Part shown: positions 37,955 to 47,344 of the stretch, in pieces
How positions within the stretch are numbered: position 1 is the stretch's first letter
How the letters are laid out: every line of letters begins with the position of its first letter
Assembly (NCBI GenBank): GCA_964620345.1
Contig: CAZUHK010000001.1
Span: 4,544 to 68,543 of the forward strand
Direction: 5' to 3'
From: an uncultured Planctomycetaceae bacterium
Lineage (GTDB): Bacteria; Planctomycetota; Phycisphaerae; Phycisphaerales; Zrk34
DNA: 64,000 bases
Position numbers and translations under genes: made by a program
The notes under the pieces: generated by a model
Told to the model about the DNA's origin: nothing
The model's input: only the letters and a program-made list of their open reading frames with translations
Database searches by the model: none

Positions 37955-39346
37955 GTGCCGCGGTATCCTCTGTGGTCGTCCGTTTCCCGGAGCATTGCGT
38001 TGAACGTGCTGGACTGGCTGGATCGGTTGCCGCGACGGCAGTTGCTGACGCTGGTGTTTCTGGGGGCGTTGGCCGGGAACGTCGCGGCCGTGGTGACCAG
38101 CAAGGGCAACCAGCCGCCCAAGCCCGGCGACGGGGTCGATTACGATTCGATCGCGTTCGCCCTCGTCCACGGCCACGGCTACGCGCGCTACAGCGGCCAC
38201 CCGGATTTCCAGACGCCTTACCTCAACGCGCAGGACGCGGAGCGCGTGGCCGAATACACCCAGATGTTTCAGCACGCCGGGCCACCGGCGCCCACGGCCT
38301 ACCGCCCGCCGGGCCTGCCGCTGATGCTCGCGGGGATTTACGGTTCGGTCGGCCGACACTTCATGGTCTGGCGGCTGGTCAACGCCACGTTCATCGCCCT
38401 GGCGGTGACGCTCGCGGCATCGCTGGCGTTTCGCCTGGCCGGGCAGTGGGCGGCGATCTTCTGCGGCATCATCGGCGCCGCCGACCCCTCGCTCAAACGC
38501 TACGCCGGCAACCTGCTGGCCGAGGGCATGGCCATGCTGATGGTCGTTCTGCTCGCCTGGGCCCTGGTGAAGCTCTTCGAGCACCGCTCGATGCTTCGCG
38601 CGGCGCTGGTGGGCCTGACGCTGGGCGTGATGGTGCTGGTCCGATCGATCTTCCTGATCTGGCTGCCGCTGACGCTGGCGGCCGCGGCGTTCCTGTGGAC
38701 CTGGCCCCACCGCTCGGCCCGGCGCGTCGTGCCGGCCACGGCGCTGCTGCTGGGCGCGGCGCTGCTGGCGCCCAGCCCCTGGTGGGCGCGCAACGTGATC
38801 GCGCTCGACGCCTTCATGCCCACCGGAACCCAGGGCGGCATCGGCCTGCCCGGCGGTTACTCCGATCAGGCCCTGGCCAACTCCGGCTTCTGGATCAGCG
38901 CGACCGATCACGTGCCGGAACTGGTCAAGGCCAAGCAAGAACTGCACGCCTCGAACCGCACGCCGCTGCGGATCGAACGCGACCTGTCCCGCGCCGGCAC
39001 GGCGTTCGTCATCGGGTGGATGGCGGATAATCCGGTGGGCGTGCTGAAGCTGATGGCACTCAAGGGCTATCACCTGTGGACGCGGCCGTCGACGATCCAG
39101 GGCCTGATCTTCGCCTGCCTCGGGCTGCTGGGTGTGCGATGGTGCTGGCGGCGGCGCGACGCGGCGGCGCTCGTGCCGTGGCTGCTGATCGGCTTCAACA
39201 TGCTCGCCGCGATGGCCACCTACGTGACCCACGGCGGGCGGTTCATCGTCGCGGTGCTGCCAATGCTGCACATCGTCGGCGCGATCGGCCTGTGGCGGCT
39301 GATCGATCATTTCGACCATCGCGACAAGGCCGTGGCCGACGCTTGA
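37955..39346 (+). CDS. GT-C fold glycosyltransferase (ArnT/PMT, GT39/GT83-like), paralogue 1
   Basis: Polytopic membrane protein. First-loop acidic motif GDGVDYDSIAFAL and AYRPPGLPLMLAGIY. GTG start; exact start uncertain. Confidence 0.7.
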   Translation: MPRYPLWSSVSRSIALNVLDWLDRLPRRQLLTLVFLGALAGNVAAVVTSKGNQPPKPGDGVDYDSIAFALVHGHGYARYSGHPDFQTPYLNAQDAERVAEYTQMFQHAGPPAPTAYRPPGLPLMLAGIYGSVGRHFMVWRLVNATFIALAVTLAASLAFRLAGQWAAIFCGIIGAADPSLKRYAGNLLAEGMAMLMVVLLAWALVKLFEHRSMLRAALVGLTLGVMVLVRSIFLIWLPLTLAAAAFLWTWPHRSARRVVPATALLLGAALLAPSPWWARNVIALDAFMPTGTQGGIGLPGGYSDQALANSGFWISATDHVPELVKAKQELHASNRTPLRIERDLSRAGTAFVIGWMADNPVGVLKLMALKGYHLWTRPSTIQGLIFACLGLLGVRWCWRRRDAAALVPWLLIGFNMLAAMATYVTHGGRFIVAVLPMLHIVGAIGLWRLIDHFDHRDKAVADA

Positions 39347-39407
39347 GCGTTTTGTTGACCGTCCGCACAGGCCTGATTAGAGTCGGCCGTTTTCCCAGGA
39401 AGCCCGG

Positions 39408-40751
39408 ATGTCGGCCACCACGATCCTCGAACGCATCTCCCGGCGGACGCTGTTCTGGGTGGTGTTCGCAATCGCGATGGTCAGCAACGTCGTGGTCATG
39501 CTCGTCCTGCGCGGCAATCTGCCGCCGACGGCCGACGATGCGATGAGCTACGACTGCATCGCGGTGCAGATCGCCGCGGGCAACGGCTTCGCCCTGGACA
39601 CCCGCGATCCGGAATACCTGCGGGCCTATCGCGAGGCGCCCAATGCCCGCGAGTACAGCTTGGCCGAGCCCGATGCCTCGGTGCCCGCGCGGCCGACCGC
39701 TTTCCGTCCGCCGGGCCTGCCGTTCGTCCTCGCGGGCATTTACCAGAGCTTCGGTCGGGTGTTCATCATCTGGCGACTGATCGGCTGCGCGCTGATCGCT
39801 CTGGCGATCGCGACCGCGGCGGTCGTGGCCGATCGGCTGGGCGGGCGCGGCGTGGCGACGATCGCCGCGGTCATGGGCAGCGTCGATCCAAACCTCAAGG
39901 TGTACGCCGGGCGATACTTCACCGAGTCGATGGCGATCGCGGGCATGGCGCTGCTGCTGTGGGTGCTGGTGCGGCTGCTGCAGGCCCGCACCGCGCGCTG
40001 GGCCCTGGCGACGGGCGCGACGATCGGCCTGCTCATCCTCGCGCGCAACCTCTACGTCGTGCTCATCCCGGCGATCATCTTCGCGGGCGTGGTGCTCGCC
40101 GTGCTGTACCGGGATCGCGCGGCGATGGTGCTTCGGCTCGCGCTGCTGTGCCTGATTCCCGCGGTGTTGATTCCGATGCCCTGGTGGGTGCGCAATTGCC
40201 TGCTGCTGGATGCGTTCATGCCCACCGGCACGCAGAGCGGCTTTGGCATGCCCGGCGGCTGGTCGGATGCGACGATCGCCAACGACGGCTTCTGGGCCGC
40301 GCCGGAGGTGGAGATTCCCGAGTTTGTCGCACTCCATCGCGAACTGGAATGGACCGGCGAACAGGGCACGATCAGCGAGCGCATCTTCGCCCGGCGCGGC
40401 GTCGCCTACGCCGGGGCGTGGATCGCCGAGCACCCGGTCGCGGCGGTGAAGCTCGCGCTGCGAAAGGCGTGGCTGCTGTGGACGCGCGACCGGGCGCTGC
40501 ACGCCGCGGCATTCATGCTGCTGGGCCTGTTCGCCCTGGCCGACCGCCGACGCCGCTCGGTCGCGTGGTGGGCCCCGTGGGGGCTGGTGATCCTCACGAC
40601 GCTGGCGGCGATGGCCAGTTGGGTCACCGAGGGCGGTCGGTTTATCCTGCCGCTCATGCCCGCGCTGTTCGTGCTCGGCGCCCTGGGCGGCTGGCACGCG
40701 ATCGAGCGCCTGTTCCCCGCCGCCGCGCAAGCCGAGCCGACGCATGACTGA
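39408..40751 (+). CDS. GT-C fold glycosyltransferase (ArnT/PMT-like), paralogue 2
   Basis: Same architecture as paralogue 1: ADDAMSYDCIAVQI and AFRPPGLPFVLAGIY. Confidence 0.7.
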   Translation: MSATTILERISRRTLFWVVFAIAMVSNVVVMLVLRGNLPPTADDAMSYDCIAVQIAAGNGFALDTRDPEYLRAYREAPNAREYSLAEPDASVPARPTAFRPPGLPFVLAGIYQSFGRVFIIWRLIGCALIALAIATAAVVADRLGGRGVATIAAVMGSVDPNLKVYAGRYFTESMAIAGMALLLWVLVRLLQARTARWALATGATIGLLILARNLYVVLIPAIIFAGVVLAVLYRDRAAMVLRLALLCLIPAVLIPMPWWVRNCLLLDAFMPTGTQSGFGMPGGWSDATIANDGFWAAPEVEIPEFVALHRELEWTGEQGTISERIFARRGVAYAGAWIAEHPVAAVKLALRKAWLLWTRDRALHAAAFMLLGLFALADRRRRSVAWWAPWGLVILTTLAAMASWVTEGGRFILPLMPALFVLGALGGWHAIERLFPAAAQAEPTHD

Positions 40752-42219
40752 AACACAGACCGCCCCATCCACCGCCCCGCCGCCGCGCATCCCCGCCGAC
40801 CCCGAGCACGCGGCCTACCAGAAATCGCACATCGACTACTGGCAGCGCATCGCCAGCGAGATGCGCAAATGGCGGGGCTTGGGCGATTACTACCACCGGC
40901 GCCTGGCGGAGGTGTTCGGCCTGATCGTGCCGCCGGGCCTGCGGGTGCTGGAGCTGGGCAGCGGCACCGGCGACCTGCTGGCCGCGCTCGAGCCGTCGCG
41001 CGGCGTGGGCATCGACTTCGCCCCCGCGATGCTCGACAAGGCCCGCGCGGCGCACCCCGACCTCGAGTTCCACCCGGCCGATGCCCACAGCTTCGAGATC
41101 GACGGCCCGTTCGACGCGGTGATCCTCTCGGACCTGGTCAACGAGCTGTGGGACGTGCAGGCCGTGCTCGAGCGCGTCGAAAAGCTGTGCCACCCGGGCA
41201 CGCGGATCCTGATCAACACCTACAGCCGACTGTGGGAGTGGCCGCTGGCGGCCGCCGGGGCGAGCAAGCTGGCCCGGCCCCGGCTCAAGCAGAACTGGCT
41301 GACCGTCGACGACCTGGGCAACCTGCTGGAGCTGTCGGGCCTGGAGCTGATGCGCACCAGTCAGGAGGTGCTCTGGCCCGTGCGCACACCGATGATCGAT
41401 TCGTTGTTCAACAAGTTCCTCGTGCGGCTGTGGCCGATCAGGCACCTGGCGCTGACGAACCTTGTGGTGGCCCGGCCCAAGGGTCGGCCGATCGAGCGCG
41501 AGCCGATCGTCAGCGTGGTCGTCCCGGCCCGCAACGAGGCGGGCAACATTCCGCAGATCGTCCGCCGCACACCCGACATGGGCGCCGGCACGGAGCTGAT
41601 CTTCGTCGAGGGCGGCTCGAGCGACGACACCTGGCAGGCGATCCAGCACGCCGTCGCGGCCGACACGACCGGCCGCATGAAGTGCATGCAACAGACCGGC
41701 AAGGGCAAAGGCGACGCGGTGCGGCTGGGCTACGCCCACGCGACCGGCGAGGTGCTGATGATCCTCGATGCCGACATGACCGTCCCGCCCGAAGACCTGC
41801 CGCGGTTCTACCAAGCGCTGCGCGATGGCCACGGCGAGTTCATCAACGGCGTGCGACTGGTCTACCCCATGCAGGATCAGGCGATGCGCTTGTTCAACCT
41901 GCTGGGCAACAAGTTCTTCAGCGCCACGTTCAGTTGGCTGCTGGGCCAGCCGATCAAGGACACGCTGTGCGGCACGAAGGTGATGTGGAAGCGCGACTAC
42001 GAGAAGCTCGCGGCCAACCGCCACTACTTCGGCGACTTCGACCCGTTCGGCGATTTCGACCTGCTGTTCGGCGCCGCCAAGCTCAACCTCAAGATCATCG
42101 ACCTGCCCATCCGCTACCGCGCCCGCACCTACGGCGATACGAACATCGACCGCTGGCGGCACGGCTGGCAACTGATCAAGATGGCCTGGTTCGCCGCGGG
42201 GCGGATCAAGTTCGTCTGA
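40744..42219 (+). CDS. bifunctional class I SAM methyltransferase / family 2 glycosyltransferase
   Basis: N-terminal VLELGSGTGDLL. C-terminal GT2 blocks VSVVVPARNEAGNI and DADMTVPPEDL. 8-nt overlap with the upstream gene. Confidence 0.85.
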   Translation: MTETQTAPSTAPPPRIPADPEHAAYQKSHIDYWQRIASEMRKWRGLGDYYHRRLAEVFGLIVPPGLRVLELGSGTGDLLAALEPSRGVGIDFAPAMLDKARAAHPDLEFHPADAHSFEIDGPFDAVILSDLVNELWDVQAVLERVEKLCHPGTRILINTYSRLWEWPLAAAGASKLARPRLKQNWLTVDDLGNLLELSGLELMRTSQEVLWPVRTPMIDSLFNKFLVRLWPIRHLALTNLVVARPKGRPIEREPIVSVVVPARNEAGNIPQIVRRTPDMGAGTELIFVEGGSSDDTWQAIQHAVAADTTGRMKCMQQTGKGKGDAVRLGYAHATGEVLMILDADMTVPPEDLPRFYQALRDGHGEFINGVRLVYPMQDQAMRLFNLLGNKFFSATFSWLLGQPIKDTLCGTKVMWKRDYEKLAANRHYFGDFDPFGDFDLLFGAAKLNLKIIDLPIRYRARTYGDTNIDRWRHGWQLIKMAWFAAGRIKFV

Positions 42220-42261
42220 CCCTCACCGGACGCGCGGATCCGCGATCCGCCGCGAAACCCA

Positions 42262-43038
42262 ATGCCCTCACGATTCGGCGGCAGACTGCGCAACGCTCTG
42301 GCTCACCCGCTGACCCGCGGGCTGGACCTGGACGACCCGGGCACGACCGACCTGCGCCGGCGGATCATCCACGACAATCGCTTCCTGTACCGCGTGTATT
42401 GTGACTGGTACCGTCGGATCGCCGCGCGCGTGCCCGCGGGTGAGCGGCCGGCGCTCGAGCTGGGCAGCGGCGCGGGGTTCATGCACCGGTTCGTGCCGGG
42501 GCTGATCCGCTCGGATGTCTGGCCGATCGGCGGCATGGACCTCGTGGCCGACGCGCATCGCCTGCCGTTCGCCGACGCCGGGCTGCGGGCGATCACGATG
42601 CTCAACGTGCTGCACCACCTGCCCGACGTCGAGCGATTCTTTGGCGAAGCGGCGCGGTGCGTGGCGCCCGGCGGGGCGATGGTGATGAGCGAGCCGTGGG
42701 TCTCGCCATGGTCGCGGTGGGTGTACACGAAGCTGCACCACGAGCCGTTCGACCCGGCGGCGGCGGGCTGGCGATTCGCGTCGAGCGGGCCGCTGTCCGG
42801 CGCCAACGGGGCGCTGCCGTGGCTCATCTTCCAGCGCGATCGCGAACGCTTCGAGCGGCAGTTCAAGCAGTGGCGAATCGCCGAGGTCCGCCCGCACACG
42901 CCGCTGCGCTACCTGCTCAGCGGCGGCGTGTCGATGCGGCCGCTGATGCCGGGCTTCACGCACGGCCTGTGGCGAGCGCTCGAGTGGCCGCTGGCGCGGG
43001 CGGCGATGTTCGCGCTGGTCGTGCTGCGGCGCATCTGA
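42262..43038 (+). CDS. class I SAM-dependent methyltransferase
   Basis: ALELGSGAGF ... LNVLHHLPD ... PGGAMVMSEP. Confidence 0.75.
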   Translation: MPSRFGGRLRNALAHPLTRGLDLDDPGTTDLRRRIIHDNRFLYRVYCDWYRRIAARVPAGERPALELGSGAGFMHRFVPGLIRSDVWPIGGMDLVADAHRLPFADAGLRAITMLNVLHHLPDVERFFGEAARCVAPGGAMVMSEPWVSPWSRWVYTKLHHEPFDPAAAGWRFASSGPLSGANGALPWLIFQRDRERFERQFKQWRIAEVRPHTPLRYLLSGGVSMRPLMPGFTHGLWRALEWPLARAAMFALVVLRRI

Positions 43039-43089
43039 ACACCAGCGGCACCGCTGGATTATCGACACGCTCAACCGCCTGCCGCAAGC

Positions 43090-44760
43090 TCACTCGCCCC
43101 AGCGCTTGCCTTTGGCGTCGGTGCCGCAGAGGCAGACCTTCATGCCCAGGGCGTCGGCCATCGCGGCCTTGGCGAACATCGCCTTGTCAGCTTCATCGGC
43201 GCTGTGGGCGTAGACCACCTGGATGTGGTTGGCCTTGTGGCGGGCCATCATCTGATCGCGACTCACGCCGTAGGTCACCGCGTGCATGATCGGCCACTGC
43301 GGCGTGGTCGAATCCCAGCGGCGCTGCGTCTCCTCGATCGGCAGCTCGATCACCTTGGCGCGGCCCAGGTCCATGCAAAGCTTGTCGTTCTCGATGAAGA
43401 TGCGGCTCCAGACGATCTGGCCGGGCTTGCTGATGCCCTTGATCGTCGAGCCGCCCAGGCGGAAGTACATCGGCGGCTGCCGCTCGCCGACCGCCCCGGC
43501 CCAGCCGTTGATGAAGTGGCTCGGCGGCACGGAGCCGGATATCTCAAACACCCACACGTATTCGTTCGTCGTGCCGCTGGCGTCCCAATCCCCCCAGCGC
43601 AGGTCGTGCAGCGTGTTCTCGACCGGCTGGCCCATCGCCTTGTGCACGCGGTAGGTCATCAGCCCGTCCAGCCCCGCGCATTCGTCCACCTCGTTGAAGT
43701 GCGGCAGCGGCTCGCCGGCGTAAAGCTCCTTGTCGCCGGCGTGATTCCATACCGCGGGGCGGACGCTGTCGTTGAGCGTGCCCTCGACCAGGTCGCTGGC
43801 CGGCAGCAGATCCTTCAGGCCCTGCTGGTACTGGATGCCGATGGTGTGGCAACCGAAGTCGTCGGCGATGCGCAGGGCCGCGGCGTATGTCTTGCACTGC
43901 TCGAGCACCTGGTGCTCGGTCAGGTCGGTTTGCTCATCGGGGCCGAAGTCGAACTTCATGCCCCGGTCCAGATACCACTGGTAGATGCGGCGGGCGTCGT
44001 CGGCGGCGGTCTTGCGCGACTCGGCGTACAGGGCCGACTGGCTCAGCCGCTCCTTGTACACGCCGGTCGGGTTGAGCAGGTGATCGGGGATGATCGCGTT
44101 GAACATGCCCATGCACCCCTCGTCGAACACGCCCATGATGGCCTTGTGTGTCTGCAGTTGCCTGGCCAGGGCCTCGCCGAGCTTGCGCTGCTTCGAGGGG
44201 ATCTTGACGTCCTTGAGCTTGGTCACGTGGCTGGTCTTGTGGCTGACCTTGCCCTTGTCCAGCCAGCGTGCGAGCTTCTTGCCGAACGACGGGTCGGCGA
44301 AATCCTCGCTCCAAAGCGTCGAGTATTTCACCCCGGCCTTGGTCAGCGAGCCGTTGAGGTTGAGCATGCCCACCAGCCCGGGCCACTGGCCCGACCAGTT
44401 GGCGACGGTGAGGATCGGCCCGTTGTGGCTGATCAGTCCGTGCAGCACGTGGTGCGAGTATTGCCACACCGCCTCGGCGACGATCAGCGGCGCCTCGGGG
44501 TCGATGCCCGCGAAGACGCACATGCCTTCCTTCTGGCTGCCGATGAAGCCGTGGCCTTCGTCGTTCTTGTAAGGATGGGCGCGCTTCAGCGTCCAGCCGC
44601 ACTCTTTCACCGCGGCGGTCAGCTCGTCCTCCATCTGTTTCTGCGCCGCCCAGCAGTTCTGGTTGGCGCTCAAGCGCAGGTCGCCGTTGGCGATCAGCAG
44701 CGCGGTGTTCTTGCCAGCGGGCTTGGGCTTGTCGACTTTGGGGATCTGATAGTCGGCCAT
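43090..44760 (-). CDS. L-fucose/arabinose isomerase-like protein (family assignment tentative)
   Basis: 556-aa soluble protein divergent from an RbsD/FucU gene. The N-terminal domain resembles the sugar isomerase family. Confidence 0.5.
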   Translation of the reverse strand: MADYQIPKVDKPKPAGKNTALLIANGDLRLSANQNCWAAQKQMEDELTAAVKECGWTLKRAHPYKNDEGHGFIGSQKEGMCVFAGIDPEAPLIVAEAVWQYSHHVLHGLISHNGPILTVANWSGQWPGLVGMLNLNGSLTKAGVKYSTLWSEDFADPSFGKKLARWLDKGKVSHKTSHVTKLKDVKIPSKQRKLGEALARQLQTHKAIMGVFDEGCMGMFNAIIPDHLLNPTGVYKERLSQSALYAESRKTAADDARRIYQWYLDRGMKFDFGPDEQTDLTEHQVLEQCKTYAAALRIADDFGCHTIGIQYQQGLKDLLPASDLVEGTLNDSVRPAVWNHAGDKELYAGEPLPHFNEVDECAGLDGLMTYRVHKAMGQPVENTLHDLRWGDWDASGTTNEYVWVFEISGSVPPSHFINGWAGAVGERQPPMYFRLGGSTIKGISKPGQIVWSRIFIENDKLCMDLGRAKVIELPIEETQRRWDSTTPQWPIMHAVTYGVSRDQMMARHKANHIQVVYAHSADEADKAMFAKAAMADALGMKVCLCGTDAKGKRWGE

Positions 44761-44875
44761 GGTCCGTTGCTCCCAGGGGGTTGCCTGTTGAAAAGTGCCG
44801 AAGCAAAAGCGTAAGCGAAAGCCGCTGTGCGCGTCCAGCGTGTGACGTTATGCTGCCGGCCGAAAGGAACCCACC

Positions 44876-45331
44876 ATGCTCAAAGGCAAGCTGATCCACC
44901 CCGACATCCTCGAAGCCCTGGGCAACTGCGGCCACGGCTCGCGAATCCTCATCGCCGATGGCAATTATCCCTTCAGCACGACCCAGGGGGACAATGCCTC
45001 GCTGGTCCCGCTGAACCTCTCGCCGGGCGTGGTCAACTGCACGCAGGTGCTCGAGGCGATCGTCGCGGCCGTGCCGATCGAAGCCGCCGCGGTGATGCAA
45101 ACGCTCGACGAGGGCCCCTACGCGATGGACCAGGATCCGCCGATCTGGGGCGAGTTCGAGCGGATCCTCAGCGACGCCGGCTACGACGTGCCGCTGGAGC
45201 AGATCGAGCGGTTCGACTTCTACGACACCGCCTGCGACGACGAAACCGCCCTGGTCATCGCCACCGGCGAGCAGCGCATCTACGCCAACCTGCTGCTGAC
45301 CCTCGGCGTGGTGATGCCCGAGCGGCAGTAG
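44876..45331 (+). CDS. RbsD/FucU family sugar mutarotase
   Basis: MLKGKLIHPDILEALGNCGHGSRILIADGNYP. Confidence 0.85.
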   Translation: MLKGKLIHPDILEALGNCGHGSRILIADGNYPFSTTQGDNASLVPLNLSPGVVNCTQVLEAIVAAVPIEAAAVMQTLDEGPYAMDQDPPIWGEFERILSDAGYDVPLEQIERFDFYDTACDDETALVIATGEQRIYANLLLTLGVVMPERQ

Positions 45332-45370
45332 CGTGCCCAAACTGCCCCCGCAGAAATAGCTCCCCCCTAA

Positions 45371-45396
45371 AGCCCGGCCACCGCCGTGGCCGGGCT
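45371..45396 (+). terminator. terminator-like 11-bp hairpin after the FucU-like gene (no U-tract)
   Basis: AGCCCGGCCAC-cgcc-GTGGCCGGGCT. Confidence 0.4.
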
Positions 45397-45463
45397 CGCT
45401 CCCCGGCTCCCTCCTTGGCTTCCCACTGGCTCCCCCCTGGCTTCCCTCCGCCCCCCTTCCCAA

Positions 45464-45492
45464 TTGACCACCGCGCGCCACCCCCCTACTTT
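45464..45492 (+). promoter_or_regulatory. sigma70-like promoter TTGACC-17 nt-TACTTT, placed for a leaderless ygfZ mRNA
   Basis: The -10 ends 6 nt before the ATG at 45499. Confidence 0.35.
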
Positions 45493-45498
45493 CCACCC

Positions 45499-46584
45499 AT
45501 GGCCAGCCCCTCCCCCCTGCAAGCGCGATTCGACGATGCCGATGCGCAGTTCACCGCGTTCGGCCACACGCCCATCGTCGCGATGCACGACGTGGTCGAA
45601 ACCGAGTACGGCCGCCTCCGCGCTGGCGCGACGGTGATGGATGGCCCACACCGGGCACTGATCCAGCTCACCGGGACCGACCGCCTGTCGTTCCTGCACA
45701 ACCTGCTCAGCCAGAACGTGGGCTCGATGCCGACCGGCTCGGGCGCCCGCAGCTTCCTGCTCGACGCCAAGGGCCACATCCTCGGCGACATGGTCGTGCT
45801 GCACGACGAAGTGCGCACGCTGCTGGACGTCGACGCGATGGACACCGCGGGCCTGATTGCCGAGCTCGACAAGCTGCTTTTCGGCGAAGACGTGCAGATC
45901 GCCGATGAGTCGGCGAAGTTCCATCGCCTCTCGCTGCACGGCCCGGCGGTCGCGGCGCGATTGGGCACGAGCGACGACGACTGGCCGGCGTTCGAGCAGC
46001 GACCGGTGAGCATCGGCGGCCTCGAAGGCCTGGCCTACCGCGACGATCAGTGCGGCGTGCCGGGCCTGCACCTGTGGCTGGCGGCGGAGGACGTGGCCAA
46101 GGCGTGGGAAACGCTGACCGATCCCCAGCGCGACGATCGCGTGCGGCCGCTTGGCTGGCTGGCGTTCAACATCGCCCGCATCGAGGCCGGCACCCCGCTG
46201 TACCACATCGACTTCGGCCCCGACTCGCTGCCGGGCGAAACATCCATCGCCGACACGCGCATCAGCTACACCAAGGGCTGCTACCGCGGGCAGGAGATCG
46301 TCGCGACGATGAAAGACCGCGGCCACCCGTCCAAGCGGCTGGTGCGCTTCACCGCCGAGGCCGACGCCCTGCCCACCGCCGGCACGCCGATCACCGCAGA
46401 AGACGCCGGCGACGCCAGGGCCGTGGGCGCCGTGACCAGTTCGACCATGTCGCCGCTCAAGGGCAACGCGCCCATCGGCATCGCCATGGTCAAATGGGGC
46501 CTGCACGAACCGGGCACGCAACTGTGGTCGCCGGCGGAGGGGGCGCGGGTGAGAATCACGCTCGGCGCGCCGACTTCTTTTTGA
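45499..46584 (+). CDS. ygfZ: folate-binding protein YgfZ (GcvT-like)
   Basis: Signature YTKGCYRGQEIV and a GcvT-like N-terminal domain. Confidence 0.8.
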   Translation: MASPSPLQARFDDADAQFTAFGHTPIVAMHDVVETEYGRLRAGATVMDGPHRALIQLTGTDRLSFLHNLLSQNVGSMPTGSGARSFLLDAKGHILGDMVVLHDEVRTLLDVDAMDTAGLIAELDKLLFGEDVQIADESAKFHRLSLHGPAVAARLGTSDDDWPAFEQRPVSIGGLEGLAYRDDQCGVPGLHLWLAAEDVAKAWETLTDPQRDDRVRPLGWLAFNIARIEAGTPLYHIDFGPDSLPGETSIADTRISYTKGCYRGQEIVATMKDRGHPSKRLVRFTAEADALPTAGTPITAEDAGDARAVGAVTSSTMSPLKGNAPIGIAMVKWGLHEPGTQLWSPAEGARVRITLGAPTSF

Positions 46585-47041
46585 GGCGTCGCTCAGGGTG
46601 AATCGCCGGACCTTTGCCCCTAACCGCATCAAGCGTCGTGGTGCGAACAAAATCAGACAAACCACGAAACCCTTCTTGGCGAGCCGCCTCTTCGATCTGG
46701 TATCGCTCGTCTGCGGTCAAACGAACATTTACCTGTTCAGTGCGCTTGTTTTCCGTTGCGGGCGCGGGCGGCCTCTGCCCCTGCTCCAACAAGAACGCAA
46801 TTGCAGTGCCTAGCATTTGGCGCGTCTTACTGATGCACTGGTTCGGAGTCTTGGCGAATGCAAAAACATTCGGCATTTCCAGGACCGTCCCACTGCAGCC
46901 GCCGTACTCCGGTTCATCTTTCACAATGATCCGATATTTCGGCGCCAGTTCTTCGGCTTGCCGCAGGAGTTCTGCGTCAAATGGGGCGTCAATCGCCTTG
47001 CGCTTTCCCACTGCGGATTGCCCGTTCGACCTGTCGGACAT
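46556..47041 (-). CDS. hicB: HicB-family antitoxin with C-terminal RHH
   Basis: YRIIVKDEPEYGGCSGTVLEMPNVFAFAKT plus VNVRLTADERYQIEEAARQEG. The 3-prime end overlaps ygfZ by 29 nt on the opposite strand. Confidence 0.8.
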   Translation of the reverse strand: MSDRSNGQSAVGKRKAIDAPFDAELLRQAEELAPKYRIIVKDEPEYGGCSGTVLEMPNVFAFAKTPNQCISKTRQMLGTAIAFLLEQGQRPPAPATENKRTEQVNVRLTADERYQIEEAARQEGFRGLSDFVRTTTLDAVRGKGPAIHPERRLKKKSARRA

Positions 47042-47219
47042 AGATCGGCTCTACCTTTCCACGGTGGACGGAAATGATGCAGTTGGGTTGGCCAGCTTTC
47101 GTGAAAATATGGTGAGAACCACTGATACGTGCAAGAGACCAACCTGCCTGCTCCAGTTTCTTCTGTACGACACCAAAGCGCATCTCTGAGCGCATGAGCG
47201 TCTCCAATGAATACGACAT
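46989..47219 (-). CDS. hicA: HicA mRNA interferase toxin
   Basis: KKLEQAGWSLARISGSHHIFTK. Confidence 0.85.
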   Translation of the reverse strand: MSYSLETLMRSEMRFGVVQKKLEQAGWSLARISGSHHIFTKAGQPNCIISVHRGKVEPIYVRQVERAIRSGKAQGD

Positions 47220-47344
47220 CCCGCCGCGTGCAGATGTCTAGTCTGTTGGATCGCTTGAGCTTGGGTGTCTTGGGCACAGTGGCGTGCATATCGGCTGCGC
47301 GGCCAGCCATCGTTGAAGGAGTATATCGTTCGATATACGCGGCG

